Of a DNA stretch of 64,000 bases, positions 20,405 to 35,720 are shown in pieces. Where the stretch lies: assembly GCF_044704955.1 (NCBI RefSeq), contig NC_091980.1:129394001-129458000 (forward strand). Direction: 5' to 3'. Position numbers and translations under genes: made by a program. The DNA comes from Pristiophorus japonicus (lineage: Eukaryota). Within the stretch, counting starts at the first letter, position 1. The number at the start of each line of letters is the position of its first letter. Under the pieces are notes generated by a model that worked only from the letters and a program-made list of their open reading frames with translations, ran no database searches and was not told where the DNA came from.

Positions 20405-20580
20405 TCCTATATTTACACTGAGGGATAATCCAGGGTGTGGCACTCTTGATGATGAGTGACAGTCATCAATACCCAATCAGAAGTTGCAGCCTCTCAGAGC
20501 ACCAATCAAATAAAGGGAGGAGGGGGATGGACTCCCAGAGCCAGTCAGATCTTTGAAGAATGAGCTTCATTGGCTGACAA
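20405..20580 (-). promoter_or_regulatory. Proximal promoter of C1
   Basis: TATA variant TGTAAATATA (20417-20408), CCACACCC (20440-20433), CCAAT at 20473 and 20502. The block is conserved upstream of B1, B2 and C2. Confidence 0.6.
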
Positions 20581-21129
20581 CTCAATGAGGATCTCAATTG
20601 TCCGAACTTTCCTCAAACACAGTTCAAATATCCCGAGTCACAGGTTTAATTGGATCCTCTATTCTTTGGGCTAATTATTGGAATGTTTAATTCAACTATC
20701 GGAAACACTTAAACAATAAGTGCCCCCTTTATAAGAGGGATTAAACTGTAAGATCCACATTATGACAAATCTAACATAAAAACTTGAAAAATGTTACTTT
20801 ATTTCCCTGTATCCACGCTGCACTCCAGTCCCTCTGATGCCTACCGGTCACGGAAAGCCTCAAGCATATCGGCAGACACCGCGTGCTCCCATTCCAGGGG
20901 CACTCGGGCACGGAAAAAGTCGCGGAAGAGAGGCAGGCAGATGGAGAGAACACCCCATCGACCGTGCTCTGTCTGGACCAGTTAATGGCCACCTTGAAAG
21001 ATTCATTGAATCCTCTGTTGTTTGCGAGTCAGTGTCTTTTTAATAGTTCTGGATTGTTCAGTAGGTTGGTCATTTGCAGGTATCTGCGGGTTTGAAGCAA
21101 CATCCAAAGAACTCATTGGACATTTGTCG

Positions 21130-21310
21130 CTAGACTTATGTCTAGAAATAGAGACAGAGAAGTCGAGAAAGGGAAGTGAAGTGACCGAGATGGACCATGT
21201 GAAGGTGAGTGAAGGGTGGAAATTGGGAACATAGTGAATTAAATTTTCCAGTTTATTGTGAGAGCAGGAAAAGGCACCGATGTTATCAATGTGCTGGAAA
21301 AAGAGGTGAG
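21130..21310 (-). mobile_element. Penelope-like RT fragment (paralog about 55495-55660)
   Basis: HIDNIGAF..NFHPSLTFTWSISVTSLPFLDFSV. Confidence 0.6.
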
Positions 21311-21596
21311 TGAGGGGCCATGGTGGGATTTTAATACAAGGATAAGAATCTTGAATTTGAGGCGCTGTCAGACCGGGAGCCAATGATGGTCCACAAGCAC
21401 AGGGGTCATGGGTGAGTGGGACTAGATGTGTGTTAGGATACGGGCAGCAGAGTTTTGGATAAGCTTAAGTTTATGGAGCATGTAAGGCTAGCAGGAGAGC
21501 ATTGAAATAGTCAATTCTAGAGATAAAAAGGCACAGATGAGTGTTAACCATTGGCGCAGTTCTGAGCTCAGAGCGAGGAATACCTGCAGCTGAACC

Positions 21597-23088
21597 CATC
21601 ATCATAGGCAGTCGCTCGGCATCGAGGAAGACTTGCTTTCACTCCTAAAGTGAGTTCTTTGGTGGCTGAACAGTCCAACATGAAAGCCACAGACCCTGTC
21701 ACAGATGGGACAGATATTCATCGGGGGAAGGGGGTGGGTGGCACTGATTTACCACATGCTCCTTCCGCTGCCTGCGCCTGACCTCTTCATGTTCGCAGCT
21801 TTGAGATTCGAAGAGCTCAACACCCTCCCGGATGCACTTTCTCCACCTAGGGACGTCTTCGGCCAGGGTCTCCCAGGCATCAGTGGTGCTGTCGCACTTC
21901 TTCAGGGAGGCTTTGAGGGTGTCCTTGAAACATGTCCGCTGACCACTTTTGGCTCGTTTGCCATGAAGGAGTTCTGCATAGAGCAGTTGCTTACGGAGTC
22001 TCATGTCTGGCATGTGGACTAAGTGGCCTGCCCAGCAAAGCTGATCGAGTGAGGTTATTGCTTCAATGCTGGGGATGTTAGCCCGGGCGAGGAAACTGAT
22101 GTTGGTGCATCTGTCTTCCCAGGGGATTTGCAGGATCTTCCGGAGACATCTTTGGCGATATATCTCTAGCGACTTGATGTGCCTTCTGTAAGTCGTCAAT
22201 GCCTCTGATCCATACAGGAGGGTGGGTATTGCTACAGCCCTGTAGACCGTGAGCTTGGTGGTAGATTTGAGGGCCTGGTCTTCGAACACTCTTTCCTCAG
22301 GCAGCCGAAGACTGCACTGGCGCACTGGAGGCGATGTTGAATCTCCGCATCAATGTCTGCCTTTGTTGACAGGAGGCTCCCAAGGTATGGGAAGTGGTCC
22401 ACGTTGTCGAGGGCCACGTCGTGAATCTTGATGTCTGGAGGGCAGTGCTGTGCGGTGAGGACAGGCTGGTGGACAACCTTTGTATTACAGATGTTAATCG
22501 TAAGACCTATGATTTCATATGCCTCGGTGAATACATCGAATATATCCTGGAGTTCAGCCTCAGAATGTGCGCAGACACAGGCGTCGTCCGCATACTGCAG
22601 TTGAACGACAGAGGTTTGGGTGGTCTTGGACCAGGTCTGGAGACGGCATAGGTTAAACTGCTTCCCACTGGTTCTGTAGTTTAGTTCCTCTCCAGCGGGG
22701 AGCTTGTTGACAGTGAGGTGGAGCGTGGCAGCGAGGAAGATTGAGAAAAGCGTTGGAGCAATGACGCAGCCCTGTTTGACCCCGCTTTAGACGAGGAATG
22801 GGTCTGCAACAAATCCGCTGATACGGATCACGGCCTGCATGTCGTCGTGGAGCAGGCGAAGGAAGTTGACAAACTTTTGGGGGCAGCCAAAACGGAGGAG
22901 GACGCTCCATAAGCCCTCACGGTCGACAGTGTCAAAGGCCTTTGTAAGATCGAAAAATGCCACGTATAAGGGCTGGTGCTGCTCCCTGCACTTTTCCGGC
23001 AGTTGGCGTGCTGCAAAGATCATGTCCATTGTTCCCCGTAGGGGACGAAATCCGCACTGTGACTCTGGGATGAGCTCCTCGGCCACAC
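21597..23088 (-). mobile_element. 5'-truncated RTE-clade LINE, decayed reverse transcriptase
   Basis: ESQCGFRPLRGTMDMIFAARQL..FFDLTKAFDTV, GVKQGCVIAP, QYADD and FPYLGS motifs, with a (TGA)n tail. Confidence 0.88.
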
Positions 23089-23766
23089 GGACATGGTGAA
23101 CTGAACCACATCCCTGTGTAGCATGTTAAATTTATATAGAACCTTGGCGAGACAACACTTGGAGTATTGTGCACAGTTCTGTTCTCCATAGAATTATATA
23201 GAAAGTTAGAATTCATAATCGAAGAGAGACTTCAAAAGAAACTTCTTTACTCAGAGAGTATTAAGAATGTTTAACTCGCTATCGAAAGGAATAGTTGAGG
23301 CAAAAAGCATAGATGCATTTAAAGGGAAGCTAGATAAACACATGAGGGAGGAAGGATTGGAAGGATATGCTGATAGGGTTAAATGAAGTTGGGAGGAGGC
23401 TCAGTGTGTGAAGTCAAGTCCTCTCACTCTCCATGCTCATGATTGAAAGACTATTAAATCAATCTTGTCCCATTCGGTTCATCACCTCATCCTTGATGCG
23501 TTTTACATTCGGGAAGAACCGCTCACCACTGCAATTTGCCAGACTGAATGGCCTTTTTCTGTGCTGTAAATTCTATGTAATTCTTAAAACACGGGCACCT
23601 GTAAAGTTTTTCACAATCAGTGAGCTGAAGAATTTGTTTTGTCGGAAACATGAAGCCATCAAACCCATCAGCATGCAAAACCAACCTGAATTGTAGAATT
23701 GTGCGTCTTCAACGTATGAATTGTGGTGACATCGATACTCCAAAAATGCCATTGAGATATGCAAAG

Positions 23767-23979
23767 TTTTATGTATTTAACCCCTTGCACCCTGTATTAC
23801 ATCACCACCAGAGGGCCTAACTGTAGGAGTCCAAAGGGATCCGAGCATCCCTTGGGAGCACGGTATATAAGCATGCCACCCACGAGGTACCTGCACACTG
23901 GAGTGTTATTAAAGGAGCTAAGGTCACAATTGCTCATTGTTCACAGTACTCAGTTTTATCCTTTATAGAGAAAGCATCA
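23767..23979 (+). mobile_element. Solo LTR (Gypsy-type)
   Basis: About 213 bp flanked by a caaag TSD, with TATATAA and an ATTAAAG..AGGTCAC motif like the other LTRs. Empty site near 58103. Confidence 0.75.
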
Positions 23980-23994
23980 CAAAGAGTACGGTAA

Positions 23995-26560
23995 CATAAT
24001 GGTTATGTTACTGGACGAGTAATCCAGAGGCCTGGACTAATGATCCAAAGTCCCATCACAGCAGCTGGGGAAATTAAATTCAGTTAAGTAAATTAAAATC
24101 TGGAATAAAAAGCTAGTATCAGTAATGTTGCCCAGGGAACTAGCGGATTGTCTTAAAAACCCATCTGCTTCACTAATGTCCTTAGGGAAGGAAATCTGCC
24201 ATCCTTACCTGGCCTGGCCTATATGCGACTCCAAACTCAAAGCAATGTGGTTGAGTCTTAACTGCCCTCCGAAAAGGCCTAGCAAGCCACTCAGTTACAA
24301 CAAACCGCTACGAGAAACAATAATAAAAATAAACAGGACGGACCACCCGGCATCGACATCGGCACCGGCTTCTGACATGACAGTGGTACACCCTGCCCAG
24401 TCGACCCTGCAAAGTCCTCCTCACTAACATCTGGTATCTTCTGCCAAAATGGGGAGAGCTGTCCCACAGGTTAGTCAAGCAACAGCCCGACATAGTCATA
24501 ATCAAAGAATCATACATTTCAGCCAATGTCCCAGATTCCTCCATCACCATCCCTGCGTATGTCATGTCCCACCAGAATGGCAGATCCACCAGAGGTGGCG
24601 ACACAGAGGTTTACAGTCGGGAGGGAGTAGTGGTAGGAGTCCTCAACTGTTACTCTGGTCCCGATCAAGTCCCATGGGTTGAGGTCAAGCATGGGCAGGG
24701 ATACCTCCTGCTGATTACCACCTACCGCCCTCCTTCAGCTGGTGAATCAGTACTCCTCCATGTTGAAGGCCACTTGTAAGATGCACTGATAGTAGCAATG
24801 GGCTTCAGTGGCCATCACCCAGAGTGGCTCGGTAGCACTGACCAAGCGGGCTGAGTCCTGAAGGACAAAGCTGCCGGATTGGGCTTGTGACAGATGGTGA
24901 GAGAATCAACACAAGGGAAAAATCTACTAAACTCGTCCTCACCAATCAACTGTCACAGATTCATCTGTCCATGACAGTATTGGTAGCAGTGACCACCACA
25001 CAGTCCTTGTGGATACAAAGTCTTGTCTTCACTTTGAGGACACCCTCCTTCGTAGCGAGTGTCTCGACCACAGTGTTAAATGCAATAGATTCAAAAACAG
25101 ATCTAGCAGCTCAAAACTGGGCATCCATGAGGCATTGTGATCCTTCAACAACTACAGATTTGTATTGCACCACGCCTCTAGCCAAGCTGTTCCAGTACAG
25201 AGACACTGGCATCTAGCCAACAATTTGAAAAACTGCCCAGGTAAGTCCTGTCCAGAAAAAGCAGGACAAATCCATTCAGGCCAATTACCTCCCCATCAGC
25301 AATCATCAGCAAAGTGATGGAAGATTTGTTGACAATAATCTGCTCACCGATGCCCAGTTTGCGTTGTGCCAGGAACACTCGGCTCCTGATCTGATTGCAG
25401 CCTTGGTCCAAATATGTACAAAGGATCTGAATTCCAGGTGAGGTGAGAGTGACTGCCTTTCACAGCAAGGCAGCATCTGATGCCGTGCGGCATCAAGTAG
25501 CCCTTGTAAAATTGAAGTCAATGCGAATATAGAAAACTCTCGATGAGCTGGACTCATATCTAGCACAAAGGAAGTGGTTGTTGGAGGTCAATCATCTCAG
25601 CCCCAGGACATCACTGCAGGAATACCTCAGGGCCGTGTCCTTGGCCCAGCTATCTTAAGCTGCTTCATCAATAATCTTCCCTCTATCATAAAGGCCAGAA
25701 GTGGGAATGTTCGCTGATGATTACACAGTGTTCTGTTCCATTTGCAAGACATCAGAAAATGAACCAGTCCATGCTCACATGCAGCAAGACCTGGATGACA
25801 TTCAGTGTGGGGCTGATAATGGGCAAGTAACAATGGCACCACACAAGTGCCAGGCAATGACTATCTGCAAAAAGCAAGAGTCTAACCACCTGCCCTTAAC
25901 ATTCACTGTCGCTGAATTCACCGGCTTTAACCCTGAGGGTCACCTCTGATCAGAAACTGAACTAGCCTGGCTGCATCAATACTCTGGTAATAAGAACGGG
26001 CCAGAGGCTGGGTATTTTGCAGTGAGTGTTTCACCTCCTGACACCCTAAAGTCTTTCCAGCATCGACAAGGCACAAGTCAGGAATGTGGTGGAATACTCT
26101 CCACTTGACTGGCTGAGTGCAGCTTCAGCAATCATCAAGAAGCTCGACACCATCCAGGACAAAGCAGGCCGCTTGATTGGCACCCCATCCACCACCTTCT
26201 ACATTCACTGCTTCCACCACCGGTGCACCATGGCTGCAGTGTGTACCATCGACAAGATGCACTGCAGCAACTCGCCAAGGCTTTTTCAGCAGCACAAGCC
26301 ATCCCACGAGCTCTAGCAATTAGAAGGACAAGGGCAGCAGAAGTTTGGGAACACTATCACCTGCAAGTTCACCTCCACGTTACACACCAACCAGACTTGG
26401 AAATATATCACCATTCCTTTTTCGTCACTGCGGCAAAATCCAGGAACTCCCTCCCTAAAAGCACTGTGGAAGTATCTTCACCACAAGACTGCAGCGGTTC
26501 AAGAAGATGGCTGATCAGCACCTTCTCAAAGGCAATTAGTGATGGGCAATAAAAGCTGTC
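23995..26560 (+). mobile_element. Decayed CR1/L2-group LINE (endonuclease and RT fragments)
   Basis: Endonuclease fragment LLITTYRPPS, RT fragments GMFADD and VEYSPLDW, 3' AATAAA at 26548. Confidence 0.75.
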
Positions 26561-27697
26561 CTTGAGCTCAAACATTGCGGGTCTCTATAGCTGTTACTCA
26601 CTTCTTTACCCACACAGCTTAACAGAAAATCCACAGCAGCAGCGGTGCGTTTAGTGAGCTACTCACAGTAATAACTCTGAATGCAAAGGGTATAGATGCA
26701 TTTAAGGGAAAGCCAGATAAATATAAGGGAGAAAGGATTAGAAGGATATGCTAATAAGTCTAGATGAAGTGGGGTGGGAGAAGCTTAAACCACAGCATGG
26801 GCCAGTTGGCCCGAATGGTCTTTTCCTGTGCTGTAAATTGTAAGTAATTCTTAAAACATGAGCACCTGTAAAGTTTCACATCGAGTGAGCTGGAGATTTT
26901 GTTGAATACATGAAGCTATCAAACGCATCAGCACGCAAACCCAGGCTGACTCATGGAACTGTGGCTCATCAATATATGAAAATTTGTAACATTGATATAC
27001 CAAAGGTGCTTGAATGTTGCTAATACATTAACCTGGAATGTCTGTACACAACAATTTAATTGCACTCAATACAGTTCTCAGCTAAATTCTTAAAAATAAC
27101 TTGTAAACACTGGATTATTGGAACTGCAGCAATACCATTTGAATCCATTCATCGCCTCGAAGGAGAGAAATGGAGATCTAATCCAGGGTGATAGTAATGA
27201 AATTCACAATGGTACTAAAAATAAAATTGATAGTAGCTTATAAATTGAGTGTTTAGGCATTGCGGCCAGGGCAGGGTAGAAATGGTTTTAACATCTTGGG
27301 CCTTTTGCTTTGTGGAATTAAATACTTTTACTCCTTCCAGATGTATTAAATTTTGTTAGAATATCGTTAGTCTTTCAATACTTTACCCAATTCCTTATTC
27401 ATGTGTGTCATGTTTGTAACCTTCACATAACTGTAACCTTTATGTAACAACACTGTACACTGTATACACCTGAGAAATGCACACCTTGACCACAGGGGGT
27501 GGACTTGCAGGAGACACTTCTCCGTTGGTCATCCAGGTATATAAAGGGAGGTCCCACGCAGGGTCAGCTCTTCTTGGATCTGGAAATAAAGGTTCAGGTC
27601 ACGTCGTGACTTTTTCTGCAGTACATGACTTGTGTGATTCTATAGTAAGGTGTAAGGACACTACATTTGGCGACGGGAAAACGAGAATGAGCGACCC

Positions 27698-28630
27698 ATG
27701 AGGATGGTCACTGGTAGCACAGAGGAACGGTACTGTGTTGGTGAGGACTGGGACGATTTCGTTGAGAGGCTCCAGCAGAACTTTGTCACGAACGACTGGC
27801 TGGAAGAGGAAGCGGCTGAGAAGCGGAGGGCACATCTACTGAGCAGCTGCGGATCCAAGACGTATGCGCTGATGAAAGACCTGCTCGCATCTGAGAAGCC
27901 GGTGGACAAGTCCTTTGAAGAGCTCAGCACACTGATCGGTGAGCACCTCAAACCGGCGAGCAGTATACACATGGCCCAGCACCGGTTCTACACACACCGG
28001 CGTCGGGAGGGACAAAGCATATCGGACTTCATTGCGGACCTTCGGCGATTGGCCAGCCTCTGTAAGTTCACAGATGCCTGCAGGGGGGAGATGTTAAGGG
28101 GTTTCTTCATTGAGGGCATTGGTCAAGCCAGGATTTTCAGGAAGCTTATTGAGACTAAGGACTTGACTTTGGAAAGGGCAGCGTTGATAGCTCAGACCTT
28201 CATGGCAGGGGAAGAGGAGACCAAGATAATTTACGTGCGCAGTCCTGGTTCCAACGTAGCGATGGACCAGGGAGTTAACATTGTAAACGTGACTCAGAAC
28301 CCCGCAGGCAGGCAAGGGCAATTCGACACCGCCCAGGCAGCAACAGACTCTCGGGTGGGCCGGCAACAGAGACAATGGCAGGGGGATCGGCAATTCATGC
28401 CATCACAAGGGACAATGCGTCCTGGGATGGGACCATTGACACTCACCAACAGAGTGCTCAGGAGTAATCAAAGAGACAATTAGAGAGGAATGCCTGGTAA
28501 TAGTTCCTTTGTTCACAACAATCTCAGCTCATGCTGGAGGTGCGGTGGCAGACATGCTGCGAAAACCTGTGGTTTCAACAATTTATCTGTAGAAACTGTA
28601 ATTTCAGTGGACATTTGGTCAGAATGTGCA
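27698..28630 (+). pseudogene. Gypsy gag with zinc knuckles, interrupted
   Basis: ORF 27698-28483 (WDDFVERLQQNFVTND...FYTHRRREGQSISDFIADLRRLA). Cys/His knuckles CWRCGGRH and CRNCNFSGHLVRMC follow a TAG stop. Confidence 0.85.
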
Positions 28631-28739
28631 GAAAACCCGTTGCGAGGCTAATTTACGAGGCAGAGGAACAAGACGAGGGGTCTGCAAGGCAGGTTGATGC
28701 TTGGGGCAAAGCCATGGACGCTGAAGTCCAGCGGGTTCA

Positions 28740-31650
28740 TGTGGCAGACATCCACAGCTCGTATACCAAAACGCCACCTATGATGATGAAAGTACTATTA
28801 AATGGCATCCCGGTACACATGGAGCTGGACACAGGAGCCAGCCAGTCACTTATGAGTGCCCAACAATTTGAAAAACTATGGCCACTCAGAGCTAACAGGC
28901 CCAAACTGGAACGCATTGACATGCAGTTAGGAACTACACCAGAGAGATCATCCCAGTGCTAGGCAGTGCAAACTTGGTGGTCACACACAATGGATCGGAG
29001 AACTGGCTGCCACTCTGGATTGTCCCGGGAATGGTCCCACGCTCTTGGGGAGGAGCTGGTTGGCCGAGATGAACTGGAAATGGGAGGATGTGAACACCAT
29101 TTCATCTGTGGAGAAAAGTTCATGCTCACAGGTCCTACAGAAATTTGAGTCACTTTTTCAACCAGGTGTTGGGACTTTTAAGGGCACCAAAGTAGTGACC
29201 AGTGCCGTATGTGATGCGTGAGAGGATTGAGAGTGAGTTGGACAGGCTGCTAAGAGAGGGTATAATTTCGCCTGTTGAATTCAGTGACTGGGCAAGCCCC
29301 ATCGTTCCTGTCCTTAAAGCGGATGGCTCGGTCAGGATTTGTGGCGACTACAAGGCCACCATCAACCGAGTGTCACTACAGGACCAATACCCGTTTCCGA
29401 GAGCAGAGGACCTTTTTGCCACACTGGCAGGTGGCAAGCTGTTTACCAAGTTGGACCTCACTTCAGCCAACATGACTCAGGAACTGGCTGAAGAATCCAA
29501 GCTTCTGACCACCATCACTAAGCACAAGGGGCTATTTGTTTACAACAGGTGTCCATTTGGCATTCATTCAGCGGCCGCTATCTTCCAGAAGAACATGGAA
29601 AGCCTGCTTAAATCCATTCCTGGAACAATCGTATTCCAAGATGACCTCCTAATCACGGATCGAGACAACCGAGTAACACCTCCACAATCAAGGAGATGCT
29701 ATGCCGACTGGACCGGGTAGGCCTGTGACTAAAGAAGTCCAAGTGCGTGTTTTTGGCCCCAGAGGTCGCATTTTTGGGCAGGTGCGTTGCGCAGATGGGA
29801 TCTGGCCTACCGAATCCAAAATGGAGGTGATCCGTCGTGCGCCCAGGCCCGGCAACACATCGGAGCTGCGGTCATTCCTGGGACTCTTGAACTACTTCGG
29901 GAACTTTCTGCCGAACTTAAGCACATTGTTGGAGCCGCTACATGTACTCCTGCATAAGGGTTGCGAATGGTTTTGGGGGGACTGTCAAGAACGGGCTTTC
30001 AACCGGGCACGGAACCCGTTTTGTTCTAACAAGCTGTTGACCTTGTCCAACCCCTGTAAGAAACTGGTTTTAACGTATGATGCATCATCCTATGGGGTTG
30101 GGTGCGTGTTGCAGCAGAGTAATGATGAGGGCCAACTCCAACCTGTGGCTTATGTCTCCAGGTCACTCTCCCAGGCAGAACGGGCACACGAGATGGTTGA
30201 AAAGGAAACACTCGCATGTGTCTATGGGGTGAAAAAGATGCACCAGTACCTTTTCGGTAGAAGGTTCGAGTTAGAAACGGACCACAAGCCATTAACATCC
30301 CTGTTGTCCAACAGCAAGGCTGTCAATGCCAATGCGTCAACTCACATACAGCGGTGGGCCCTCACATGGCTGTGTATGACTACACCATATGGCACCGGCC
30401 TGGCACCGCAAATTGTGCTGACGCGCTCATCAGGCGCCCACTGGCGACCACTGAGGGGACGTCGGAGCAAAGCGCGGAGATGGTCATGGCTGTTGAGGCT
30501 TTCGACACTGCAGGCTCCCCCATCACAGCCCGCCAGATCAAAATCTGGACCAACAGAGATCCCCTCCTATCCCTGATAAAGAAATGTGTCCTGACTGGGG
30601 ATTGGGCACCCGCACACGGAGCTTGCCCCGAGGAAGTCAGACCGTTTCACAGACGGATGGACGAGCTCTCCATTCAAGCCGACTGCCTGCTATGGGGCAG
30701 CCGGGTAGTCATGCCCCAGAAAGGAAGGGAAGAATTCATCAGGGAACTCTACAGCGAGCACCCTGGCATCGTGTTATTGAAGGCCATTGCCCGGTCACAT
30801 GTATAGTGGCCGGGAATTGATTCAGACCTGGAACACTTTGTTCGCAGGTGCACGACGTGTGCTCAGCTGGGAAATGCCCCCAGGGAGGCCCCACTCAGCC
30901 TGTGGCCCTGGCCCACCAGGCCATGGTCATGCATTCACGTCGACTATGCGGGTCCGCTCATGGGAAAAATGTTCCTGATTGTTGTCGATGCACACTCGAA
31001 ATGGATCGAGTGCATCATATTGATTTCGTGCACGACATCCACCACTGTGGAGAGTCTGCGTTCGGTCTTTGCGACCCACGGCTTGCCGGACATCCTGGTT
31101 AGCAACAGTGTCCCGTGTTTCACTAGCTATGAATTCCAGGAGTTTATGTCGGGTAATGGTATCAAACATTTCAGGACAGCACCATTCAAGCCGGCTTCCA
31201 ATGGCCAGGCGGAACGTGCGTTTCAAATCATAAAACAGGGCATGCTCCGGATTCAAGGACCCTCCCTTCAGTAGCGCCTATCGAGCCTCCTGCTGGCCTA
31301 TAGGTCCCGATCGCATTTGCTCACGGAAGTCCCGCCCGCGGAACTACTCATGAAATGCGGCTGTCCCTCATTCATCCAATCCTGTCAGACATTTTTGAGG
31401 GCAAGCGCCAGTCCCAAAGCGGGTGCCATGATCGCAACTCAGTGGGGAGATGCATAGAAATCAATGACCCTGTATTCGTTATTATGCTTTTGGACACAAG
31501 TGGCTTGAGGGTACCGTAATTGGCAAAATTACGGCAAAAAAAGAGGGGAATAGGGTCATAGTGGTCAGACTTAACAATGGGCAGATATGCCGCAAACATC
31601 TGGACCAAGTAAAGAAAAGGTTCAACATGGACATGGAGGAAGAACATGAG
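28740..31650 (+). pseudogene. Gypsy pol (protease, RT, RNase H, integrase), frameshifted
   Basis: Protease LDTGAS; RT WASPIVPV..RICGDYK..FQDD; RNase H DASSYGVG..TDHKPL; integrase HPG..IVVDAHSKW..SNGQAER. These motifs are spread over several broken ORFs. Confidence 0.9.
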
Positions 31651-33042
31651 ATGTTACCTACACCACTGCCAGTGAACGAGCAACAAGGACATGCACCAAC
31701 ATGCACAGTCCCTGCGGTCAGCCCAGACAGACCTCAGGTGACAGAGACGTATGCCAAGGTTCAACCACCAGAGCCCCAACTGCGGTGCTTCAAGAGAGAG
31801 CGTCGAGCGCCTAAAAGACTGAATCTTTGACCCAAAGATGGTGGCAAGGGCGGGGTGCGGGGGGAAGGTGATGTCATGTTTGTAACCGGCACATAACTGT
31901 CACCTTTATGTAACAACACTATACACACCTGAGAAATGCACACCTTGACCACAGGGGGTGAACGTGTGGCAGACACTCCTCACCTGGTCATCCAGGAATA
32001 TAACGGGAGGTCCCACGCAGGGTCAGCACTTCTTGGTCCTGGGAATAAAGGTTCAGGTCACGTAGTGATTTTGACTGCAGTACATGCCTCATGTGAAACT
32101 ATAGTAAGGTTTAAGGACACTACACTGTGAATGGTGGTTGTGTTGGCAAGTTATTCAACCATGATGGGAGCAGGTGGAAGAGAAGCTATCCCACAACCAC
32201 ACGCACTAGGATATCCACACTAACCAATGAAGCTGTGACAGCAAGCTGATAACACCTGTTGCTTTCCCTCCTCACCCAATTGTAGTGCCCCGCCATTTTG
32301 CTTGTCTGCCAACAAAGCTTCACTGCTGCTATAGGCTTTGTGTTGTGAGTCCACTTACTGAATTACCTGGATAACTGAACAGGATGTGGTGCAGCTACTG
32401 AATACAAACTGTTTTTCACAAGGCAGATACACTAAATAGGAAGCTAATCCAGGACTTTTTCTTCACTGGACTGAAATGGTGCGACAATGAATTACTGGTA
32501 AACTGACCATGTGTTTAACAGATGTTACATCTTGTTGGATTGAATTGTCATTTGTCCAAAGACATAGTTGGAACAGGTAATTTTATACAGCTTCTAAGTC
32601 CCAAGCTCTAGAGATGCCTCCCTAAACATGTCTATATTCCATACCTCTGACCAGGCTTGTGGTCAGTAGGCCAATATCCTTTGGGGCTGTCAGTTATCCA
32701 AACACATTCTTGAACATTTTAGATCTTACAACAGCTGCCTGAATATCCCAATCAATACGTATACATTACACTAGAGGATAAACACATTTCATAGGACTGA
32801 ATCCCATATAACTATTGCACAGCTGAGTGTAATTCTTGTTTGAGGGAAACCAAGTTATGTTAATGAAAAATAAGTAACCACTTAAACTTACAAGGTAACA
32901 CAGCCCACTGTTGAAAAGTTTATTTACAGTTATGGGTCTTCGCTCTTTGTACAAAGTCACAAGCCATCATTCCCTACAGGACAGGGGCCTGATTATATAA
33001 ATACAAGTTCTAAACACAATAAGCTTGATCCCATCAGTCAGT

Positions 33043-35564
<2,522 letters not shown>

Positions 35565-35629
35565 CTTCACTATCTATATTTCACTGTCACCTGCACAGTT
35601 CTGGAACTCACTCTGTCTTGCACAAGCTC

Positions 35630-35720
35630 CTGTATTTATACTATTGGAACAGCTGCATTCAAACAGGGTATGACATCACCAATGATGATTGGCTCTCAAG
35701 GATTGTCAATCAGGAATCTT
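35630..35720 (-). promoter_or_regulatory. Core promoter of A2
   Basis: TATAAATA at 35640-35633, TGACATCA and CCAAT/ATTGG motifs, homologous to 5190-5280. Confidence 0.5.

Larger units (their letters stand above)
27406..32124 (+). mobile_element. Near-full-length, decayed Ty3/Gypsy (Mag-like) LTR retrotransposon
   Basis: TG..CA LTRs at 27406-27665 and 31872-32124. PBS TGGCGACG at 27668 (tRNA-Ser type) and a G-rich PPT before the 3' LTR. 5-bp TSD atgtg/ctgtg, with an empty site at 61476-61480. Domain order gag, protease, RT, RNase H, integrase. Confidence 0.95.

Noticed and set aside
35575-35625. CAGTGA and CAGAGT hexamers in the A2 5' UTR as IRE loops
   Set aside because: The flanks cannot form the 5-bp stem with a C bulge.
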